Source of the DNA: Monocercomonoides exilis PA203
Taxonomy: Eukaryota; Protista; Preaxostyla
Direction of reading: 5' to 3'
Assembly (NCBI GenBank): GCA_001643675.2
Contig: LSRY02000001.1
Coordinates: 1 to 64,000 of the forward strand
Length of the DNA stretch: 64,000 nucleotides
The notes beneath the pieces were generated by a model. That model worked only from the letters and a program-made list of their open reading frames with translations. It had not been told where the DNA came from and did not search any database. Positions 26,130 through 36,967 of the stretch are shown piece after piece (the first letter of the stretch is position 1; each line of letters opens with the position of its first letter). The position numbers were made by a program, and so were the translations under genes.

Positions 26130-26311
26130 TTATATTCATTCAGCCCAATGATTATTTGCGATTGAAAATGAATTAAAAATCAGCCAAAAATGTTCTTGCA
26201 CACAAAAATGTGACTATAAGCGAATGTGATTATATTCGACTTGATAATATCCGGTTCAGACTGTTCACTACAATTCAAAACCAATATTTCCTTAAATATA
26301 ACTTCTCATTA

Positions 26312-26707
26312 CAGATATTGCACAAAATACATGACATCGCACAAAATACCGGACAAGATCGTTTTCTCAATAACCACTCAAAGAGAAAATCTGATAATAT
26401 TCCTCCAAATATATATAAACAAAACTAACTCATTTGCCATACCGGGCATTCATTTCCATGCAGACTGAATATTTAAAAAATAATTTTTAAAATCTCCGAG
26501 AAACACATAATCAAATTTCTCGGAGATTTTAAAAATTATTTTTTAAATATTCAGTCTGCATGGAAATGAATGCCCGGTATGGCAAATGAGTTAGTTTTGT
26601 TTATATATATTTGGAGGAATATTATCAGATTTTCTCTTTGAGTGGTTATTGAGAAAACGATCTTGTCCGGTATTTTGTGCGATGTCATGTATTTTGTGCA
26701 ATATCTG
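26312..26707. mobile_element. Foldback MITE (Tc1/mariner-pogo type): 192-bp perfect arms, 12-nt loop, TA TSD
   Basis: ta|CAGATATTGCAC...GTGCAATATCTG|ta. Arms 26312-26503 and 26516-26707. Sub-terminal direct repeat GCACAAAATAC occurs twice per arm. Confidence 0.92.
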
Positions 26708-27980
26708 TATTTCTAATCAAAAAAGAAAAAAAAATGTTTCATCTCCGGATTTTTGAAAAATATCTCTTTTAAATAATGAGGAAAAATATTGTTTTCATTT
26801 ATAAATTTATTTTGTTCACATTGTTCGAAAGCCTTCCAGATGACAAATCAATTATTCTTCTAAAAACAAAATTATGCAAAGATAATGAAGTGATATTAAA
26901 TTGACTAATGAGGTTTATTCCATTTGCTATAACCAGAAAATGTACAAAGCGAAGAAAAAATTTTTCGATTCAAGTTCTGGATGAATGTTATTATTCCAGG
27001 TGTTTCAGATGAGGAAAATATTGCTCATTATTGGGAATAACTCCTTTGAAAAAAAACAATTCATATGGGTGATAATTTTTTAATCCTATTTTTTTTATTC
27101 AAAAATTTAGGTTAAAGGATTCACTTTGAATTATGCAAACCAAACACCGAAAAAATAAAACTTCTTTCAAAGACACTCAATGGGAAGGGGGAAAAACCGC
27201 ACAAAAGACGAAATTTGTGCACATGGGTTGAAAAATTAATACTTGCTTTGTGCATCGCAAATATGTATTTCATAGTATCCAATTCTTGTTCTGTAAAGAA
27301 TATATTTAATGAATTTTCGCTTCAGCAATTTTGAAATGGATTCTTTCCCATTTTCATTTATGTTTTTTTTTATGGAACAAATGGAACACGAAAGAATTTG
27401 TGCAAATTGTCAAATTTTAACTCTTTCACAAAAGGAACTTTGATTTTAAATGATTATTAAAACATAATAATCCATTTCATTCGAAACACTTCCGTTATTA
27501 TTAGATTTGAACTTTTTGGTTTTTTTCTCCAATTTTTATTTTTGCATCAATTGTTTAGCAATTATGTAAAAAGAATAATTTCATTGATGCTGTTTGTGAA
27601 ATTTTTACGTGTTCAATTAAAATGTGAAAACATTTAGCTATTTGTTCAATGAACTTTGTAAAAAAAAATTGTTTTCTTCTTGTTTTAATTAAGGATTCCA
27701 ATACTTTTATGCTATCATTTTATTTTTCCTTTTAAATCAAGTGAAGATAGATCAAAATTTTCACATATATATCAATCGAAAAATAGTTTGATAAAGTTTT
27801 GTGCTTTATGAAGTTTGAAATGAAATATATATATGCTTATAAAAAAGAATAATGAAAATATATTTCAAATTCATTCAAATACAGAAAGCCACAAAATAAA
27901 AAAGGATCATTTGCTTCCCTTCATCTTTTCCCTTTGACATTCATTAAATGTGTCTGAAAAACTTCTTTTCCTTATCACAT

Positions 27981-28247
27981 GGGGTGAAAATATGGATTTT
28001 CAAGCTTTTTATGCACAAACAATGAAAAAATTGTTTCACTTATAACATTATAAAATTTAATCAGATTTCAAAACAAATTAGATTTTCATTATTGAAAACA
28101 AACGTCATTGATGAAATAACAAAATGTTTTGTGACATCACATGTATTTCAAAAAAAAACCCATTTTTTTTCAATTTTTGTATCACAACAAGTTCATCGAA
28201 GGTACATAATTTTTCATGAAAATGCCTGAAGTCAAATATTTTGTCCC
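27981..28247. mobile_element. ~267-bp MITE, GGGG-terminated family, copy A
   Basis: Colinear, diverged similarity to 33003-33268. Short TIRs GGGGTGAAAATAT / ATATTTTGTCCC. Confidence 0.8.
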
Positions 28248-30307
28248 ATACATGAAACTATTGAGCTCATGCTCGAGCTTCGTCATTATCACCGTGTCAA
28301 TATTTGAACAAAATCTTTTCAAACAAGCTGATTCATATGAAATTGAATTGGTGCCCATCATTTTTGCAGTAGTAAACTATCTCAGATTATTCCTATGCGC
28401 TTTCTCATAAGAAAACAATTTCTTATCCGAAGCGCATAGCATTCATGAACGTTATCTTCAATTAATAAGTTTGTGAATGTTCAGAAATATGAATCGATTG
28501 TAGTAACTGCTCAGTTGTCCGAATGCAATAGTCATCATCAGTTCAATTAATTTGCGTACTCCTCAATCGTTTCTTATCCTCAAGTGAAAACATGTTTTGC
28601 TTGTCATATCACCAAACAAATAACTCCACATTTTTCTTGCCTAAGTCTATAAAAATCCGTACGACTTTTATCTTTGTCTCACACGATTCCAGAATGGCCT
28701 ATGCATTTGACACTTCCATTAGTTGAGCATGTTGGTATATAGAACACATTTGTTATTATTCTCTCGTCAAATTGTTTCTGTTCAGCTTTTTCCTTGAAAC
28801 AATTGGTTCAAGGACATTGCTCATGATTCCTATTTTGCGTTTTGATTTTCCACGACAAGCTCTCCATATTCTTTTTGCAGCACAATTGAACATATAAAAC
28901 ATGAGATACCACAAAAACACAATCAGCTTCATTTTTCCATATAATAGTGCTTCATTATATGAGTTGTATCAGGTGTTTTTAATTAAGCTTCAACTAGTTT
29001 GCCTAACTTTCAGTTATTCAAAAGTTTACTTTTGTTTATCTTTTTAATGAATAATTAGATCATTTTTTGATTGAGAAGTGAATAAAAGTTTTTAAAACGA
29101 AATTCCACATTTTTAAGTTGATTTTTTTAAAAATTATGCAATCTGCCTTAAGCAACTCATCATTTGAAGTATCAATATGAGTAATTGCACCACAATCAAC
29201 AAGCACATTTTCATTTTTGTAACTTGCTTATTTTTGTTGATGTTTCAAGACAAAAACAAACAAAATTTTGTTTGTTTAACAATGATTCTTTCCTTTGAAG
29301 CATTTAAAACCAAGAATGCGAAACAGAGGATGTTTTGCAACGATTAACAAAAATTTGACATGCGAACTTACCAAAAAAACCATTGACTTAATGGATCTTT
29401 CAGAAACGGGAAAAAATGTCATGCATTTTTTGTTGAGCTGAAAAAATAATGTGAGATAAACTGTATTGGGCAAAGTTCATATTGATTGAGTTGAAACATC
29501 TCACAGTTTGAAAAGCTAATTTTGTTCTCTTGAATCAACGAAAATCGATGTCATCTCAAAGAAGTTTTGAATTTAGTCATTAGTTCGTAGAATTATTTCT
29601 ATTCTTTCAGTTCACAACAAATTTTGTGAAATAGTTTTATTCTCGAAAACACAATGGAAAAGTATTCCAATATGAACTTTGCAAATTAAACGGATAACAA
29701 AACTTTCAAATCTTCATTTTTCGAATGAAGCATGCACATATGTTGATAATAGTTGTTCAAATCATTTCAAAATAAATTGCATAAATAAATTACAATTGTT
29801 TTTTTTACAAAAACAACGAGAAAAAAACCCGTTACAAAATTAAAAACCCGGATTTTTTTTGAATGGCAACTGCATTTTGTTTCATTCAAAAAGGTTCAAT
29901 TGACCGGTTTGTTTTATGTTTCATTGAATAATTAATGAACGTTTTGTGATTTCATGAATTGAGATTTGTATTAGAAAATAATTTTTGTATTTTTTCAACG
30001 AATTCAAAGATGTCAATGTGAAATGGCATTTCTCTAATTGTCTAAATTGTTGATGTGATATTTATTTAAATAAAATGATAGTTGATAAAGACGCAACAGA
30101 AGTTTCTTCCAATCCGATGCTCAGTTTATTCCATCCTTTGTCTTTTCTGAATTCAGTGAATAAGAATAACAGAAATTATTACATCAAACATTCAATACAA
30201 GACAAACAATTAATTTCAAGCTAAACGAATAAAAGTTGGGCAATAAAATGGATATGATTTTCAACAAAAAAAATTATTAAACAAACTTATTTACGTTTCC
30301 ATCTATT

Positions 30308-32878
30308 GGCATAGGTGTATATAAGGTACATTCCCAATACTTGGTTATTCTTCAAAACATTGTGATAAATAAAAAGTAGATTTAATAGTAAAACATTTGC
30401 ATGGACTAGAATTTTGAAATTCTTTTTGATCCTTGAGAAAAATCAATTTTTAAAAATCACCCATAAATCTGAGTATTATTTCTAATTATTGATAAAAATT
30501 GATAATTTTAAACTAATAAGCAGCTAAGAGGTCGTTAATCATTATATACTCTTATTTTATCCATGATTTTTCAAAAAATAAAACATTCGAAAAAATAAAT
30601 TAAAAAATAAATAATTTGATCAATTCCACAATTATATTTTTAATATCCAAAAAATTAGAATTTGCTTTCTTTCATCACTCGCAATATAAAAGTTCTGTTA
30701 TTTAACTTTATTTTTATTAATTATATCCAATCTTTTGTGAAAAGAAGATTCAATGTAAATATAACTCAAACAGTTTTCATAATGTTACATTAAATTATAG
30801 AAGATGTCTTTGTTCATAATAATTGGTTTTCTTTTTATATAAGCAGCGATGAATGATCACAATTAATAATGAATAATATTTTAATATTTTAGCTTTATAA
30901 TAGTTTATTTGCGATATTTCAATTTTTATTTTCTCTATTATTTAATTTTTTTAACAAGATGCAGAAGATAATCGTTTTCTTTTTATTCATTGCCAGTTTC
31001 TTTTCATATTTATATGGCGTTTTTGTTTAAAAGACAAATGAATTTGAAAAATAAATATTTTTTTTTAAAAAAAAAGAAAATTTGTTCTTGTACTTAATTT
31101 TAAAAAGTTATTAAACTTAAAATTTCATGCAATCATTTCAATTCAAAATGTCAAGCACTTTTTTCAATGTGTTCTCCTCATATATATATATGATATGATT
31201 GCTGCAACACTGAAAAATAAAAAAAAAATTCGAGTTATTTTATTGAAAAAATCAAAACACAATACTTTATTCTTGCTTCTTCTTCAAAGTTTCTCAGCCC
31301 TTCTCAGCCTCTCTTTCTGCTCTTTGCCACTGTTCCTCAGGATACATCTCCATCATCTCCACCTCAAATGCCTTCAAATCCTTTCTGTTGTTGTCATTCG
31401 CAATCTTTTGTAATTCCTCGTTTCTTCTTTTTCCTTTCTCCACCGAACAGCCAGAACAACTGATGCAACAAGAACAGTCAAAAACAGAACAACAAATATC
31501 ACAGCAATAATCGCTGTGCATGATGATTTTCCTTCTTTCCCTCCATTAACAATCCTTTCATATCCATTAGCTTTGGGATCACTTCGATTCTTCAGAATGA
31601 AAGTATCAGTGACCAATGGCTTATTCGAATCCCCAAACATAATGCTCACTCTCACTTCTGCTTCATCTTCCGCCTCACTCATCCTCTCCTTTGGCATCCT
31701 CCATTCTGCTGCAGTCTCTGACACACATCCACTTTCACCAAATCCATATTTTTCAATCTGTTTTTCTTCTCCAATTTGCTTCACAATCATGAACGACAAT
31801 TTCCATGCAAGAAGGAGCTTCCCTTTAAACACAACCTCCATTTTTTCTCCTTTCTCATTTGTTTCAACACTTTACAAAACAGGAATGAAGAAGGCAAAGT
31901 CTCTTAAAGAAACACTCAAACTGTTCATAATGATTGAATTACTCTGATGAATTGTCACAAATCCAATCAGATCAGTGTCATTTAGGTTATCGCACAAATC
32001 TATTCCGCATATCGTATTATTATGAGTGCAATATCCATCTCGAAGATTATACTGGAATTGCCTTTCATTGATCTGCAATGTGACGTTGTTTCATTCTGAA
32101 AAATTTAATTTCCAACTTTTGCTGTGTATTAATTTTCACCTTTTTTTGCCAAAAAAAACTTCTCTTCCTATTTCTCTGTAGTTGTTGTGGTGATTAACAC
32201 CAGGCTTTTAACATTCATTTTATTTGTGAAGATAATATTCGATATTTAATATGTTGAATAGAAATATTTAATAAAATATTGTTAATCATTAAAAATAATA
32301 CATTCATACGTTTTAACAATGCTTCTTTATTCATGATCATCATTGTGTAACATAAACATCCTCAAACTGCACAAAAATTTTCATATTAAAAATCATAATC
32401 AAAATACATAAAGATTTGAATGATATATAGATAATTATTCATCACACACTTTAAAGCTATATTAATATATATGACTTGTTATATGTTTTCAAACAAGGGT
32501 TCAATTCTTGATGAAAGAAAGCAAATTCTAATTTTTTGGATATTAAAAATATAATTGTGGAATTGATCAAATTATTTATTTTTTAATTTATTTTTTCGAA
32601 TGTTTTATTTTTTGAAAAATCATGGATAAAATAAGAGTATATAATGATTAACGACCTCTTAGCTGCTTATTAGTTTAAAATTATCAATTTTTATCAATAA
32701 TTAGAAATAATACTCAGATTTATGGGTGATTTTTAAAAATTGATTTTTCTCAAGGATCAAAAAGAATTTCAAAATTCTAGTCCATGCAAATGTTTTACTA
32801 TTAAATCTACTTTTTATTTATCACAATGTTTTGAAGAATAACCAAGTATTGGGAATGTACCTTAAATACACCTATGCC
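30308..32878. mobile_element. Non-autonomous TIR element (Pack-Merlin-like no. 2) with 370-bp TIRs and 8-bp TSD, carrying a receptor juxtamembrane/TM fragment
   Basis: 30308-30677 is the reverse complement of 32509-32878 (one mismatch seen, at TIR position 14). Termini GGCATAGGTGTA. TSD catctatt on both sides. Confidence 0.93.
31270..31895 (-). pseudogene. Captured fragment of a surface-receptor family gene (stalk, TM and cytoplasmic juxtamembrane)
   Basis: FFIPVL*...GKLLLAWKLSF...ILKNRSDPKANGYE...TM...VRWRK...EMMEMYPEEQWQRAEREAEK matches FFIPTL...GSLLLPCNLSY...VVKNKSESQANGDE...VRWRK...TMEMSPEEQWRRAEREAEK of the main gene. Confidence 0.9.
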
Positions 32879-32883
32879 CATCT

Positions 32884-34794
32884 ATTCGTTATCATCATGC
32901 TGTATTTTAAATTTTTTCCTTTCAGGTTGAGTGGTTTCTTCTGCGCTTTCTTTATGCTCACTTTTTCATATATCTTTTTCGTAATCTTCGTCATCTTCAT
33001 ATGGGGTAAAATATGGACTTTCAAGCTTTTTATGCACAAAGCATGAAAAAATTGTTTTTCTCATAACATTATAAAACTCATTTGGAATTTAAAATAAATT
33101 TGATTTTTATTGTGTATACAAACATCATGATATAATTACATTATGATTAGCGACATCAAACGTATTTTAAAATATAAATTCATTTTTAAAGTACTTTTTG
33201 ATGTCAAAAAGTTGATCGAAAATGCATAATTTTTCAATGAAAATGCCTGAAGTGAAATATTTTGCCCCATATATAAAATCGTTATCAATTTTTACCTTTC
33301 TTGTTCTGATAATTCTTTTGGTAAAATTGCCACTGTCAGAATTGGTGCAGTGATCTTCGTCATTGAATAAATTATCTTCTGTTTGTTTGCTTTCATCAAC
33401 GCTAGGTTTTTCATTGATTTTCATATCCATTTTACACTAACTTGATTTAACTTTGCGTTTTGGGGAAAATGAACCAAACAATTCATTGTTAACTTCATCT
33501 GAAGAAATTACTAAAGAAGATTTTGAAGGAGATCCACTTATTTTGGAGAGAACTTGCGAAGCTGCTAGTGGCCAGATTCCTGTATTGAGAAAAGCAGCTT
33601 TGATTACCGATGGAGTGGTCGCTTCAGCGATTGCGTCTGGTAAAACCATAGCAAGAGCCTTTCTATATGAAGAACATGAATTATCGATTGGAACATAGAA
33701 ATTATTGAATAATTTTCATTTCTATCTGGCAAATATCACATTGTCACAGGGCTGGAGGAGATGGGTCATGTTAGGGGGAAATGTTTTTATGAAAATTCCG
33801 TTATTTTCAGCTTCCATAATGACTTTTGAACATGAATGGGTAGAATGGTTGTCAAGAAGAAGATGAGCCTTTTTCGAAGATGTCGATTGTATTTTTTGAT
33901 GAATGAGAGGAATCCAATTTTGAAGCATGATGACTTTGAAAATTTCAGTAGTTATCCATCCTGAAGGTACAGGAATATAATTTATATTAAAAAATTTCAA
34001 TTAGAAAACTCTTCAGGCATTTTTTACTTTGGATAAAGAAAATAATGAGGAAGGCAGGAACCATCAGAACACACACAAACGCAAAGAGTTGAGTTGGCAA
34101 TTTTTCGAGGAACTGGAGGAGAAGAAGGGATCTGATCTTTCAAACAGATCACTAATTTTGACGAACTTTCTCCAATTTTCACGGAAGATTCGTCAAAATA
34201 AAAAACATTGTAAACTTCGATATTGTTCACTTCTACGATTTCTATCACTTCTTCAAACCAATTAGTCACCTTTTCAGGGCTCTGTGATCGAATCTTTGCA
34301 ATTTCCAGTGGTCTCGCGAAGGCCGCCATTAAAATAGAGCTTCTATGAACCAAATAATAAGATAATTTCGGATGGAGTTTTTCGTTTTCTTCTTCATTTG
34401 TTGATTCAGTATTTAAAATGTCAATTGCCTAAAAAACAAAGATAAAAATATTTTTTTATAAAAAAACGAAAACCATTTCCTGTATGTGCTTCATTCGAAC
34501 TACAACTCCTTCTGATAATATAGACAAGACCTGATTTTCGATTTTTTCCAGTTTCTCAGAATTTATAAGCGATGGTCTTCGTTCTTTTCCAACATCTCTG
34601 TTTTTCTTTTCTGCTGTTTTGCCTCTGTACCAAGCCTGCCTTGTAATTACTTTCGCTTTGACCGCCACGTTCACTGTCAATGGATATGTTTTCTTGATTT
34701 CAAAAATTTACCTCGATCTGGAATGGATTGTGCGGTATTCTCTTGTAGCAGCAATCCTAAGAAGTTCTTCTGAAGAAATTGATTTCTTTTCCAT
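32884..34794 (-). pseudogene. pogo/Fot-like (DD35D) transposase pseudogene, second family; intron ~34429-34472; MITE inserted in its tail
   Basis: FYFDESS, SGWITTEIF, LLLDNHSTH and PPNMTHLLQPCD (DD35D). Stops and frameshifts. Confidence 0.88.
33003..33268. mobile_element. 266-bp MITE, GGGG-terminated family, copy B, ATAT TSD
   Basis: atat|GGGGTAAAATAT...ATATTTTGCCCC|atat. Removing it plus one ATAT restores the host reading DNDFIYEDDEDYEKD. Confidence 0.85.
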
Positions 34795-36967
34795 TTCAAA
34801 AAAGGGAATGATCACAATGAGCAAAATGGTTAAAATATTGTTTGAAAGGCTATTCAATCAAACTAACAAAAGGCAGTTCAAGTGATGGAATGATAATTTT
34901 TTTTTCTCTATATTTGCTAAATTTTATCTTGAATTTTCAACAACAAATAAAGAATATTAATCATTCATTCTATCAAGTGAACAACACTTGTGGAGAAGAA
35001 ATACATCGTAATAATTAGAAAAGATTAAACTCTCCAACTTCAAACGTTTAATCAGTCAATATTCAGTTTGAACAAGCTAATGTTTCAATGAAAGAAAAAA
35101 GTTCTTTTTTGAATAAGTCCTGGTTTTTTTACTTTGTTCTGGGTATTTTACTCATTTAATATTTTTGAAATAAAAAATTGGCTTCCGAATTATAATTTGA
35201 ACATCTCATTTTGCCACAATTCATGATTTGCATTTGCATTTATAAAAGAGAATATATTTTCCCCCTTACATCATGGTTTGCCTTTATTGTTTTCAATTAA
35301 TTGCAACTTATAGAAGATCATTTTTTTATTGTATTTGTTCAGGATAATCATGATTTTTATTCGATTGTGTTATAATTTCTATTTTCTAATGTTTTTTTTT
35401 TTTGTTTTTTCCCAATAATTTGAACATATAGCTTAATGATCCTTGACGGAGATTATTTATTTTTCAAATCACATATCAAAACATGTTTTTTTCACTTCAA
35501 AATATTATATTTGTACACTTATTATTTTTTCAGTGAAATGCGATTGATTTTCGATGGAAATAGTTATAATAAAAAATTTCAGAAAAAAAACTAATTTTCT
35601 ATTGAAATGTCTAAATATTATTGAAAAGTTCCTTTTATTTAATTTTCAAATGGAGTGAAAATCTCATATTTTGATCTGATTTCTGTTCCCACTTACGAAA
35701 ATTCACAAAAATGGAAACAATAACATTGTCATGATTTTATTTTCATAACAGCAAAATCTGGTGAGTGAAAACAGAAATTTGATGGAAAAATGAAATACTT
35801 ATTCTATTTGAAAATTTTACAAAATGAACTTTTAAAAAAAAAATTAGACAAATATGATGTCATTACAAAAATCTAAAATAATCTGATTGCAATTACCATT
35901 TAAGTGTAATTTTTCAGAAAAACAGTAAAAACCACGTTAATGCGCAATGTTTCTTTTTCAATGAACTCTATTTTATTTGCAAACAATTAATTAAGAATAC
36001 TTTTAACCCTTGTGCTCAAGTTTTTTCTCCGAAGTGGGTTTTTTTCCTAACTATCAGAAATGAATAAAATTTTATAATTAGTTATTTTCTACGATTTTCA
36101 TTTATTATAACTTTTTAATGAAAAATTCATCACCAAAGAAATTTAACTTTTGAAAAATCAACTCTCCGAAAAAAGTTATGATTTCTTAAATTATTACACA
36201 AATATATTTTTTTCTTTCCAAAGAAACTCGGAGAAATATGATTCTCCGAGTTTCTCTAAAAACTGAAAATGTTTTTTTTATTATTCCAAGGAGCATGTTG
36301 TTTCATTTGTAATTATTTCAATAGATTGAATTCGAATAGTGAATAATTGGATCAATTGTCGAAAAGCAGCTATCAATGATTGTTGAGATAATGCCAATGT
36401 CCACATTCATTGAATGCACACACTGTTACAAATACAAATAATATTTTTGAAATTTCGTACAAAATGCAAAATGCGGAACATGAAAAGTCAATTGAGCTTT
36501 TAAAATGCAATAAGTTTTCACATATATGAAATTGGATGATTATTTCTAGAGATAATGTCAAGTTTGCAGGTTTTTTCACTCACTTTTATATTTTTCTCAA
36601 TTATTAATTATCATTTTTTTTCCAAATAATAATTTCCAACGAAAACATGAGAACATTTCATTTCGATTGCGAATTTTATTATTTTGAATGCAACATTTAT
36701 TATTTTGAGTGCAAAAATGCTCATTTAAAATTATTTTTGGTGTACCTTTTTTTTTGAAAAAATAATTATAATTTTTGTTCTGCTCTCAATGTATTTATCA
36801 ATAAATAATAAACAATTAAAAACTCGAAAAGAATTATTAGGTTATTTTTAAGTTAAAAAATGTTGCCTTAAAATGCTTTTCGATTTCAACCGACTTTTGC
36901 TTTTCAACAAATTTCGCGAATCCTTTTTTTTTTTTAAATTGACGTCAAGTACAATTGGGGGCACAGT

